Source: Blepharisma stoltei ATCC 30299 (Eukaryota > Protista > Ciliophora). Taken from it: a DNA stretch of 64,000 nt. Position numbers and translations under genes: made by a program. The stretch lies in the NCBI GenBank assembly GCA_965603825.1, contig CBFDEM010000003.1, forward strand, positions 434,001 through 498,000, read 5' to 3'. The first letter of the stretch is position 1. Each line of letters begins with the position of its first letter. Under the pieces are notes generated by a model. It did no database searches. It was not told where the DNA came from and was given only the letters and a program-made list of their open reading frames with translations. Below, piece after piece: positions 26,458 to 37,876 of this stretch.

Positions 26458-29334
26458 ATGGGATCGCAGCAAGCAATATTTGCCTCTGTAGCAACTCTTG
26501 TATTGGGCTCTAGCGAAGACGATTCAAGAGATCTTACTGAAGAAGAAATTTTAAAAGAGCTGAAAAAAGAATCAAATCTAAATGAAGCAAAAAGATTTAG
26601 AATGAAAAACGCAGTAGTAGATCAAGAAACTGATCCAGGAAATCCTAAATGGTATGGAATTTGATCTACTTCTCTAGACAAACTTGGAAAATATGGAGTT
26701 GGGCTAGAACTTTACTTCCTTTTTCTAAAGCAAATGGCTATATTATTTTTTATAACAGCGTGTCTAAGCATTTATCCTGCTTATACAAATTCTACAGGAA
26801 GCATTATTGCTGATGATGAAAGTCAAAGTGGATCAAGGTATACATTAGCAAATCCTTGGTGGTTTAAAAGTTATCAAGATGAATTTTTAGACACTGATAT
26901 AGATAACAAAACTTGTATTCCATGAATAGAAAATAAAGATTGCAGCGCTAACTATAATAACTCCAAAGACTGAAAAGATGACACTCTTGATGATGCTAAT
27001 GAAAATTATAAAGAAATTTGGATTATTGATGCTGTTTACTCGTGGGTATTTTTAATAGGAATAATTACGATTCTTATTATCAATAAAATAAAAATCCATC
27101 ACAACTCATTAGGACAGAGCAGGGTATCAGATTACTCTATTGAAGTAGCCGGATTTCCTTATGAAAATATTGACAAAGAAGAAATAAGAAATCACTTCAG
27201 CAGTTTCGGAGAAATAGTGGACGTATATTTAGGTAGATCTTATGGAGATCTGCTTTATTTTTATAAAGAAAAAGCAACGGTTTTAAAAGAGATCAATGCC
27301 CAGAAAATTTTTTTGGGAGATGATCCTGAAATGGAGTCAAATAACAAAAAACTCTCTAAGCTTCAAAATAAACTTTCCAAGCTTAATGAAAATATAACGA
27401 TTTCCAGCTTTGATAAGCTTCATAATGAGCTTCCTGTGCATAGAGCTTATATTATTTTTAATACTAAAGAATCTAGAGCTCAAGCGATTACAAGATATAG
27501 AAAAGGATTTTTTGGCTGGAGGCACAATAAAAGCCCAGAACTGAAATTTAGAGGGACACATCAATTGAAGGTATATCCAGGCTCTGAGCCATCAGATATC
27601 ATGTGGGAGAATTTAGAACTAAAACGTTGCGAAAGGAGATCAAGGATTATTTTATCAGTCATAATTGCTATTTTTATGATGAGCTTATCAGTCGGCTTGA
27701 TATTTTTGATGAGAAGGGGTTCTGAGCATGTTTATGACTCTTATAAATGCTTGGAAAGCAATAAAGAGGAAATTGGGAAAAAATCATATAAAGAGGTGAT
27801 AAGTGAAACTAGGTGAGATCCCCATGGCAAAGAAAGAGCCTGCTGGTGCAGCCAGCAGACTATAAAAGGATGAACTCAAAAGCCAGAAATCAGATCAATC
27901 TGCCTAAACTATGTCTATAAGCGGCTATCTTCTGCTGCAATCAACTTTTTTATATGCTTTGGCATCGTGGTTACTAATTTTATCCTTAGGCTTCTTCTGA
28001 CCACTTTATCTGAGTTTGAAAGACGCAAGAGCTACAATCTTAGGCAGACACATACAATGCTCAAAATTTTTGTAGCAATGCTGTTTAACACAATTCTTGC
28101 CCCAATTCTAGTTCACGTTAAATATGGAGATGATGAAGATTCAAAAGAACTGGTTGAAGGCCAATTTCGGGATTTTTCAAAGTGGTGATATTTGAGGGTC
28201 GGCTCAATGTTTTTCATTATGATGTGTATCAGCATCATTTCTCCTCATTTTATATTCAATTTTCTAGTTGCGTACATGAGAGGCTTATGAAAGAGAGTTA
28301 GTGGCTATAGGTTTTATAAGTCTCAATATCAAATGCATAATGCATTTATTGGGCCAATATTTGTGATAGCTTCACGAACATCTATGATTTTGACAGTAAT
28401 TTTTACCTGCTTTATTTTTTCAGGAGGAATTCCTTTACTAAATATTATTGGGTTTTTAGCTTTATTTGTGATTTACTGGACTGATAAGTTTTTGATTCTT
28501 AGACATTATAGAAAGCCTCCACAGTATAGCCATCATATATATAGCAGTGCTATTAAAGCTATGCCACTTTGTGTTTTCTTTCATTCTTGTGTTTCTCTTT
28601 ATGCTTATGGATGCCCAAATGTATTTCCTAAGGGTTTTGTTTGGAAAACTAATCATGAGCTTGGTTTAAGCTATTATGATTATCAAGAAAAAGATCTTGG
28701 AGATCGAGCTGCTATGGACCATGGCATTGTTTTTTTAATATTAGCCATTGTAAGCTTCATATTATTCTTGCTATTTGAATTTTCTGAAAAAATAACTAGA
28801 GAGGTCAAGAGAATACTACTGCTTAAAGACCATCCAGAAACCAGCAAATTTAAGGATATTGAAGAAGATATGAAAAAATATACACTTACGAGGTATGATT
28901 TAGAATTGAATCCGAATTATTCGTATTTAATTGACTCAATGAATCAAGATGTAGAAGAAGGGAGATTTGTGTTGAAAAAAATGAAAACTTTTGATAATCT
29001 GAGAGCAGCTGAAAATGGTATTACATCACTTTCAGAAGAATCTCGACGCTTTAATCCAGAAGAAAATGTGGGCAGGGCAAGTCCTGATAAAAAAATAGAA
29101 TTAACTGAGCCAGTTCCTATTATTTTTTCAGATCCAACAGCCCGTATTCCTACTTTTCAGTCAAGGCCACCATCTATAAATTTAAATTTAGAGCCTGAAG
29201 CTGACTCAAATGACAAAGATGCAACAAGCACAAGTCCAAATAGGAGAGCTCCTAAATTTGAGGTACAAGACACATCCATGAAATCTTTTTCATCCGAGGG
29301 GTCAGAAGATTCTAGTCATGGGATGTATGAGTAA
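26458..29334 (+). CDS. OSCA/TMEM63-like channel, copy 3, 958 aa (close paralog of copy 2)
   Basis: Same-frame ORFs joined across TGAs; colinear with copy 2 from start to stop; ends TAA. Confidence 0.8.
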
Positions 29335-29639
29335 ATTGATTTATAATTAAATTCCTCTGGAATGCTAGTAATAAATGAAATTTCTATTATAAAATCTTGT
29401 TTTATTTATAACTGATTTTCCATAACTGGATAAAAGGAGATTTATATATATTTAGCGAATTTTTATTATTTTGAATATTCATAGATTTCTTTAAGACAAC
29501 TTGTTTTAAGGGTCATTTTTGACATATCTTTGAAAATCTGCATGCAGTACCAATAGTTTTATGCAAAAAAGTTGTCAGGGCATTAAATCATCAATAAGGC
29601 AAGAGCTGTTTTTGCTTAAATGTCTTAGATTCTGTGATC

Positions 29640-30300
29640 GGGCCGTTATATTGAATCCAACCCTTAGGCTCTATATATATGCAATTTTGTCTCCAATGAG
29701 AATTTAGTTACATGTCTCTCCTCATCACTTATCATTGCTGCGTCTATAGCTATTAGTTTTCTATACACTCTTCTCTTAATCATTAATTCTAGCGAAACCT
29801 TCCTATCAATGAGTGAAAGCCCTTTTAAGATCCAGAAACGCGCAGTATGTGGCCTTGCCTTCTTTTTCCCCAATTTCAATGATAGTTTCCAATATGAAAA
29901 TCTGATCACTGCGCCCCTGGATTTTGTGAACCCTCCTTGAGCATAGTGCATTATATGCTTGCTGTGGATGTCTATAAAATCTGTTGGCGAGCACTTTATT
30001 AAATGTCTTATTATAAACCGCATTCATCAGTGTGATCAGCCTTAAATTCTGAAATTGAACGATAAAGCCTTTTTTCGGTATCAATATCACATTTGCAGCC
30101 TTCATGCACTTGGGGGTCTTTTCAGCTTCCCACATCTTAATTTTGAGTTAAGCAATTTTCTCCCTCATTGCCTTACTGGAATATTTAATCAATTCGCATT
30201 GTATACCATCATGCCTACAAGCTTATATTCCTTATCAGCCACATTCGTGAATATATCCTCCTTTGATATGTTGCTTCACGATTACATATCAGAGAAGACC
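29640..30300 (-). mobile_element. Degenerate non-LTR (LINE-like) retrotransposon reverse transcriptase fragment
   Basis: Minus-strand motifs ACRHDGIQCELIK, KAANVILIPKKG, NLRLITLMN, AQGGF, DQIFILETIIE and AFLDLKRAF appear in LINE RT order. In-frame TAA at 30150-30148 and at least two frameshifts. Boundaries approximate. Confidence 0.8.
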
Positions 30301-30585
30301 TCCTCCAATTAAGACCCTTTATAAAAATCCCTCCATCAACTAACCACTCTTCTATTTATTGGGGAGAAAGAACAAGGATTGGTTCAATCTCCTCTTGATA
30401 GATGACATGCATTTTTTAAAGCTTAATTATACTCATCGCCATTTCTTCAACTAGCCTTTCTATTTTTGATTATTATATTTCTTTCTTGAATGCTTATTTT
30501 AATTCGGCATTTTACAAGTAAATATCTAAATTATAGTAAGCTGAAATTACTTTAGCGATGAGATTTTGCTAAGTTAATAAAAATA

Positions 30586-32409
30586 ATGATGCTTGATCCA
30601 GACATCTTCTTTGAAGACTCCATGGAGAAGCAGCGGCTAAGATCTTCAATAAAAATCCCAAGACAGCAGCCAAACTATCACAAACTTAACACAGAAAGAA
30701 TGATTGTGCCAATTGTGCTGAATGTAAGTGTAAGACCAAACCTTATCATCAGAGATCGATTTGACTGGGACTTAAGCCGCCAGTATAGAAGTCCTTATGT
30801 CTTTGTCGAGCAGCTTGGGGATTCCTTAGGACTTTCAGAAGACCAAAAGAGAGCTCTTGCAAATTCGATAATTGAGCAAATTATCGAGCACATTGAGAAA
30901 TACACGATTCAAACCAGAACTCGTATTCCTAAAAAACTTGAAGAAAATGCAGCAAGTAATTTAACATGCCTGCAATGTGGATCCATATTATACAATAACG
31001 ACATTTGTAGAGCTTGTGGTGTGTCTTTAGAAAAACTGAGACAAAAATATGGAAACCTGACTGGTTTAGGCCAAGAATCAAAAATAAATGACGAAGAATC
31101 CATCGCTCCTCGGCAAACTGAAAGACAACGCACCTTAGAATCCACCAGAAGGCGTCAGGAACCTTCTATGGCTGGCTCTCGTAAAGCTTGCACACGATGT
31201 GGTGAAGCAAATCATCCTATGAGTATTGAATGCCGACAATGTCTAAAACCCATCACAAAAGCGCCTAAAAAGATCAGAAGCCTAAACGAAGCCTTAACTT
31301 ATCATTTTTGGAAAATTCTTAATAGAGAAAGCCAATTCGCTCAGATGGTGCTTATGAATGATACTATAAAAGAAGAAGATTTCTTATCAGCAAACAAGTT
31401 ATATGACAAATTAAAGGTTTTAATAGCAGAATGTGAGCATCCACCTGTGTCAGCTTCTTCAATAAAGGTAAACCACATGCTTTTGTTTTTAGATATTTGC
31501 TATGAGAAAATCCTAACTGGAACTGCAACAGACCAGCTACAAGTCCATAACTCAAGCTCAAAAAACCAAATAGAGCTTAAAGAGCTTGATTATTCCCAAA
31601 TCCATGTCTCAAATACAGTCCCAGAGCAGCCTGCATACCAAGCCACTTATTTCCCACAAATTGACTATCGAAAGAAAATGCTGAAACCAGAAGTCCCTGG
31701 CAGACGAAGAGGAAGACCCAGAAAATACCCATTGCCTGAAACGATCTCAAGAGAACCCAATGAGCAGCAAGATGAAGAAGAAGGCCAAGCTAAATTGAAA
31801 GAAGAAAATGACCAGAGTATGAATGAATGCGGAATGTGTGGAGAGCCTGGACAATTAATTTGCTGTGAGGTCTGTCCAAGCGTCTACCATTTAGCTTGTT
31901 TAAACCTAAGGAATATCCCTAAAGGCAAATGGATGTGCTTTTTCTGCAGGATCGTCAAAGATGGTATTGACAAGGTCAGAAATGACGACTCAGGCCTGGC
32001 TGAAGATTTCAATAACTTGTTGCAGCCTTCACATGTTTGGCAAAATCAAGCCCAACAAATAGTGGATATTTTGCTTATGAACCCTTGCTCAAAAGACATA
32101 TCCACTGGAGGGGCTAGAGGAGATATCCCACCTCCTGACTTAGTAGCATTAAAAGATTTGATTAATGAAGGCCATTATAAAAATTTAGAAGAAGTGGACT
32201 ATGATATTAGGGTTATTTTTAAGCAAGCTTCCAAAATGTATAAGAAAAGAAACCAGACTTTATATTCACAAGTTTTCAATCTGCAATTATTTCATAACAA
32301 AATGCTATCAGAGCTGCAAAACTTGTGTGGGATACAAATCAATACACAGCCTATTAATTTTCCGAATTCGAAACCTGGTGATCCTTATAAAAAGCCGAAA
32401 TATGAATAA
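30586..32409 (+). CDS. Chromatin protein: SNF5-like domain, two zinc ribbons, AT-hook, PHD finger, degenerate bromodomain; 607 aa
   Basis: IVPIVLNV..IRDRFDWDL..FVEQL..LGL..ANSIIEQI (SNF5 repeat); CLQC-CRAC and CTRC-CRQC; RRRGRPRK; CGMC..LICCEVCPSVYHLACL..PKGKWMCFFC; PPDL..L..GHY..EEVDYDIRVIF. Confidence 0.8.
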   Translation: MMLDPDIFFEDSMEKQRLRSSIKIPRQQPNYHKLNTERMIVPIVLNVSVRPNLIIRDRFDWDLSRQYRSPYVFVEQLGDSLGLSEDQKRALANSIIEQIIEHIEKYTIQTRTRIPKKLEENAASNLTCLQCGSILYNNDICRACGVSLEKLRQKYGNLTGLGQESKINDEESIAPRQTERQRTLESTRRRQEPSMAGSRKACTRCGEANHPMSIECRQCLKPITKAPKKIRSLNEALTYHFWKILNRESQFAQMVLMNDTIKEEDFLSANKLYDKLKVLIAECEHPPVSASSIKVNHMLLFLDICYEKILTGTATDQLQVHNSSSKNQIELKELDYSQIHVSNTVPEQPAYQATYFPQIDYRKKMLKPEVPGRRRGRPRKYPLPETISREPNEQQDEEEGQAKLKEENDQSMNECGMCGEPGQLICCEVCPSVYHLACLNLRNIPKGKWMCFFCRIVKDGIDKVRNDDSGLAEDFNNLLQPSHVWQNQAQQIVDILLMNPCSKDISTGGARGDIPPPDLVALKDLINEGHYKNLEEVDYDIRVIFKQASKMYKKRNQTLYSQVFNLQLFHNKMLSELQNLCGIQINTQPINFPNSKPGDPYKKPKYE

Positions 32410-32550
32410 GCTAAATTTCATTCTTAGGTTATTAGTTTAAATCAAATTTAAATAATTCTAGAAAGTTGTTGGAGCAATCATTATTTTCATAAACATTTTA
32501 ATACTAAAAATGGAGAAAACAAAAATAGGAAATCTATTATATAAAAAAAA

Positions 32551-33411
32551 ATGTCTGAGTGGTTTGAGAAATATCAAGGCATCATTGCTTGTGCTGGAGT
32601 CTCTTTTCCTGAAGAAAACTGACTTGAGCTGGAATCAAGTCAAGGAATTAAACTTCATACTTTTAGATATCATATTGAAAATCCTCGTGCCCTTGTATTT
32701 ATTTTTCACTGCTATATGTCAGCTTCAAGCAGCTTTTCTCATTTCGCCCATAAATTTGCACAGTCAAATTTTGCATCTTTTGCATTTGACCAAGAAGGGC
32801 ATGGGAAAAGTGGGGGTGCAAGAGCAGAGGTAAGAGATATAAATGAAAACGTCAGTTTAGGCGTCGAATTTATCCAAAAAACAAAAGAACAATACCCTGA
32901 AGGTCTTCCTGTGTTTATTATTGGAGAAAGTATGGGAGGATTAACATGCATAGGAATTTCGCTTAGAATTCCTGACGTAATCAAGGGAATGATTTTACTT
33001 GCTCCTGCCCTAGGCACAACAGCAAAAGTTTTTTCACAATTTTGGACTGACGAGCAAGTTGATCCCAATGACATGGTAAAAATTTCAAGTAACCCAAAGA
33101 CGGTTGAGTGGTGAATAGAAAATCCTGATACTTATTTAGGAAAAGCAAGCCGAGCTACAGGGGATGAATTTACGAGGGCAATTAATGATTTTCAGCAGCA
33201 GGCTCCTAATGCTCAAACCCCTTTTATTTTATTTCATGGAGATCATGATGAAGTAGTTCCTATTGAAGCCTCTAGACAATTTTTCCAAAATTCTGGAGCT
33301 GCAGATAAAGAGTTTGCATATGATGAAAGTTTATATCATATAATTTCTTTAGAGCCTCAAATTCCTCAGATTCTCGAGAGGGTTGTTGGGTGGATTCAAG
33401 CAAGAATTTAG
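32551..33411 (+). CDS. Alpha/beta hydrolase (monoacylglycerol lipase/lysophospholipase-like), copy 1, 286 aa
   Basis: ATG 32551 to TAG, open with TGA=W. Motifs DQEGHGKSGG, GESMGG, HGDHDEVV and LYH. Confidence 0.88.
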
Positions 33412-33473
33412 TTTAAGCATTTTTTAATTATAGAGAAAAAATTAGTTATTATAATTTATTTATAATTTTTAAG

Positions 33474-33580
33474 CTAATTCGAGGAATAATATTGCTTGCA
33501 TCTGAATTAGGCCGCACCCCGAAAATTTTCACAGTGCTGAACAGATGAGGCATACGACCTCAAAGATACAGTAATCTTAA
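33474..33580 (+). pseudogene. Relic internal fragment of a further hydrolase copy
   Basis: Reads LIRGIILLASELGRTPKI(frameshift)SQCWTDEAYDLKDTVI, versus copy 3 VIRGMILLAPALGLTPKFFAQKWTDEPFDLKDMVI. Confidence 0.75.
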
Positions 33581-33691
33581 TTCCTAGAAAATAAAGACTT
33601 TGAAAAAAAATACGAAACAAATTCTGGGAAGAGCTTTCCTTTATGCTAGTTTACTTGAAATTTATATGACATAATTTTGCTATCTAAAAAA

Positions 33692-34552
33692 ATGTCAGGA
33701 TGGGTTGAGGAATTCCAAGGCATCATCCCTTGCGCTGGAGTTTCATTTTCTGAGGAAAACTGGCTTGAGCTGAAATCAAGCCAAGGAATAGAGCTTCATA
33801 CGTATAGACACAATACTGAAAACCCCTGTGCTTTAGTATTCATTTTTCATTGCTGATTATCAGCTTCAAGCAGCTATTCTCATTTTGCTCATCGATTCGC
33901 TCAATCAAATTTTGCAGCTTTTGCATTTGATCAAGAAGGACATGGAAGGAGTGGAGGTGCAAGAGGAGAGGTAAGAGATATAAACGAAAACATTAGGCTA
34001 GGTGTTGAGTTTATACAGAAAACAAGAGAGCATTACTCTGAGTGTCTCCCTGTATTTCTTATTGGAGAAAGCATGGGCGGATTAACATGCATAGGAATTT
34101 CCCTAAGAATTCCTAAAGCAATCCGAGGCATGATTTTGCTTGGCCCTGCATTGGGCTCAACTCCAAAATTTTACTCTCAGAAATGAACTGATGAGCCATT
34201 CGACCCTAAGGATGTAGTAATGTCTTCAAGTAACCCAAAGATTGATGAATGATGGCTTAAAAATCCTGATACCTATGAAGGAAAGACAAGTGATATTACA
34301 AGAGATGCATTCTCAAGAGGGATTAATGATACTCATCAGCAGGCTCCACAGGTAATAACGCCTTTTCTTTTAATTCACGGAGCCCATGATGAGGTAGTCC
34401 CTGCTGAAGTATCAAGAGAATTTTTCCAAAATTCTGGAGCTGAAGATAAAGAATTTGTATATGATGAAAATTTATATCATATAATTTCTTTAGAAGCTGG
34501 AATTCCATTAGTTCTTAATAGAATTGTAGAATGGATACAAGCAAGGATTTAA
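33692..34552 (+). CDS. Alpha/beta hydrolase, copy 2, 286 aa (absent from the ORF track)
   Basis: Runs from MSGWVEEFQG to WIQARI-TAA, open with TGA=W. Motifs GESMGG and HGAHDEVV. Confidence 0.88.
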
Positions 34553-34943
34553 TTATCCATAAGGTTAAGAACTAGATATTTATATAATATAGATTAGATA
34601 ATGAGAAACCAAATACTGCGTAATTTAGTTTTTGGACTTTCTTCTACCTAAAAATCAAGGTTTGGCTTTTTCGCTCAGGCAGCTTATATATATTTAGCTT
34701 AATTGTATGAAGTAAGAAGTCAGCTGATCTCAATAGTAATTCTTGTAATTAAAGCTTTATTAGAGAGGGTAAGACCAAAATATAAGGAAATATAAAAAGG
34801 CCTAGTAAGTATTTCAGACACATCAATGTTAAGTGCTTGGAAGCTGCTTAATAACTTAAAATCAAGCTGTTTATACAATCAATTTTATTAATTTATCCTT
34901 CTATAAAAAATGCTAAATTCACAATAGCAATTAATATTTCAAA

Positions 34944-35807
34944 ATGTCAGGATGGCCTGATGAAGAATTTCAAGGAATTATTCCTTGTGCTGGAACATTT
35001 TTTTATGTAACAAATTGGCTTGACCTTCTATCAAGCCAAGGAATAAAATTGACTACGTATAGGCATGATCCAGACAATCCCCAAGCCTTGATATTTATTT
35101 TCCATTGTTGGCTATCTGCTTCAAGCAGCTATTCTCACCTAGCCAGAAGATTTGAACAGTCAAATTTTGCAGCTTTTGCGTTTGATCAAGAAGGGCATGG
35201 AAAAAGCGGAGGTGCAAGAGGAGAATTAAGAGACATAAGCGAAAATATTAATTTAGGTATCGAATTTATTGAAAAAACAAGACAGCAATTTGATCGAGAC
35301 CTTCCTGTATTTATTATTGGAGAAAGTATGGGTGGGTTAACATGTGTAGGAATTTCTCTAAGAATTCCTGAAGTAATTAGAGGGATGATTTTGCTTGCCC
35401 CTGCATTAGGTTTAACCCCAAAATTTTTTGCTCAAAAATGAACTGATGAGCCATTTGACCTCAAAGATATGGTAATTGTTTCGAGCAACCCTAAAATTCT
35501 AGAGTGGTGAACAAAAAACCCTGATACTTATTTAGGAAAAACAAGCCCTGCTACAGGAGATGCATTTACAAGAGGAATGAATGAGGCTCAGCAGCAGGTC
35601 CCTCAGGTAAGAACGCCTTTTATTTTATTCCATGGTGAGCATGACGAAGTGTGCCCTATTGATGCATCTAGGCAGTTTTTCCGAAATTCTGGAGCTGCAG
35701 ATAAAGAGTTCGCATATGATGAAAACTGATATCATTTAATTTCTCTAGAGCCTCAAATCCCTCAGATTCTTGATAGGATTGTGGCATGGATACAAGCAAG
35801 AATTTAG
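34944..35807 (+). CDS. Alpha/beta hydrolase, copy 3, 287 aa
   Basis: The ORF extends through TGAs to WIQARI-TAG. Motifs GESMGG and HGEHDEVC. Confidence 0.88.
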
Positions 35808-35969
35808 AAATTCATAAATTATATAAGGTTAAATCAACTTCTGTCATAATAATAAAAATCTCTTTAAAATTTAATAAATTATCGTTAATATTTATTTAAG
35901 AAATAACCCCAATATCGCACAATAAATAATTTAAATAATTATATTGACTGGTCGCTTTAAAATTCTTAA

Positions 35970-36860
35970 ATGGAGGAATGATGGGCAAAATACAAAGGAC
36001 AAATACCATGCGCTGGGATTTTTTATCCTGAAGAAGACTGATTAGATTTTCATTCCCGTTCAGGTTTCAAGCTTTTTACTTATCGTTTTCATACACCAAA
36101 TCCTAAAGCGCTCATATTTTTCTTTCATGGCTTATGATCTTCATCAGGCAGTTTCACCCATATTGCTCAGAGATTATCAGAAGAAAACTATGAAATCCTT
36201 GCATTTGACCAAGAAGGCCATGGACGAAGTGAAGGCCCTAGAGGAAAAGTAGCTTCAATTGAAAATTGCATAAATAACGCAATTGATTTTATTAGTGTTG
36301 CGAAGGAGTTTTACCCTGAAAATATCCCGATTTTCCTTATGGGAGGAAGTATGGGAGGACTTGTGTGCATTAATGTCGCTTTGAGATTTCCTGCGCTTAT
36401 AAGAGGGCTAGTGCTTCTGGCGCCAGCATTGGGGGTTAATTTATATTTTCCTGGGATAGTTTCAAAATTTTCAAGATTTATTTCTTATATATGGTCAAAT
36501 CTTCCAATTGCGAACGCAAACCCAGGCTTAGCATCACGAAATGAAGCCTATCCAAGCTGATTTAGAGAAAATCCTGACAACTATGCAGGAAAACTGACTA
36601 TAGGTACAGCTTCAGCTTTACTAAAAGGTATCCTTGATTTGCAAAACCATTGAAAAAGTTTAGAAACTGCTTTTATTTTATTCCAAGGAGGCAATGACTA
36701 CACAGTAAGCTTAGAAACTGCTACAAATTTTGTAAATTCTTGCCAAGTTGAGGATAAAGAAATAGTTTTATATGAAAATATGAATCATGCGGTTTCATGT
36801 GAGCCTGAGATTTTTGAAATTATCGAAAAAATACAGATTTGGGTAGGCTGCAGATTATAA
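35970..36860 (+). CDS. Alpha/beta hydrolase, copy 4, 296 aa
   Basis: ATG 35970 (MEE*W, aligning with copy 5 MTEWW). Motifs FHG, GGSMGG, QGGND and MNHAVSCEP; ends TAA. Confidence 0.85.
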
Positions 36861-36937
36861 TTATAATTAAATAACATAGTCTTTTTGAATAACATTATTT
36901 ATTTCTTTAGACGTTTCATATATCCTTAATAATAAAT

Positions 36938-37828
36938 ATGACAGAATGGTGGGTTAAATATAAAGGAACAATTCCAAGCGCAGGGCTTAGCTTCCCTGAA
37001 GACGACTGACTTGATCTCCGCTCAAGTGCAGGCTATAAGCTTCATACATATAGATATCCTGCCAATAACCCTCGGGCTCTTATCTTTATTTTCCACTGTC
37101 TGCATTCAGCTACCAGCTCATATTCACATTTTGCAAAAAAATTCGCTGAACAAGAATTCGCAGTTTTTGGCTTTGACCAGCCTGGCCACGGTAGAAGTGA
37201 AGGTCCTAAAGGCAATATACGAGATTTTGACGATTTAGTTAACAACGGAATTGAATTTATATCAAAAACCAAAGAGCATTACCCTGATGAAACGCCCGCT
37301 TTCATTATTGGAGAAAGTATGGGTGGGACTATTTGTATTGATATAGCATTAAGGATCCCTACAATGATAAATGGGATGATTTTACTAGCCCCAGCCTTAG
37401 GTGTAAATCCAGACCTTGCCCCGTTTTTAGTGAAATTAGTCAGATGCTTCGCATGGTGTTGGTCAGGAATGCCACTTAAAGGGACTGACCCTAATTTAGC
37501 CTGCAGTAACCCTATAAATGCTCAGTGGTGGGAAGAAAACCCTGATACTTATTTTGGGCGGCTTAATGCTGGGACTGGTGCTGCCCTTTTAAGAGGATTT
37601 GAAGAGGTCCAAGATCAGATCGGAAACGTTACTACACCCTTTATCCTTTTTCAAGGTGGGCATGATGCCATTGTAAATGAGCAACAAGCAAGAGAATTTG
37701 TGAAAAATTCAAAAGTGGAGGATAAGGAGTATGCATTTTATAAAGAAATGTATCACGCTGTTTCTAATGAGCCACAAGTTTATGAAATTATAGATAGAAT
37801 TTTAGAATGGATACAAGAAAGGGTATAA
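36938..37828 (+). CDS. Alpha/beta hydrolase, copy 5, 296 aa
   Basis: ATG 36938 is in frame with ORF 37319..37828. Motifs DQPGHGRSEG, GESMGG, QGGHDAIV and MYHAVSNEP. Confidence 0.88.
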
Positions 37829-37876
37829 ATTTTAAAATATTTAGGAAATTATGATAAATAACTGAAATTTATTATC

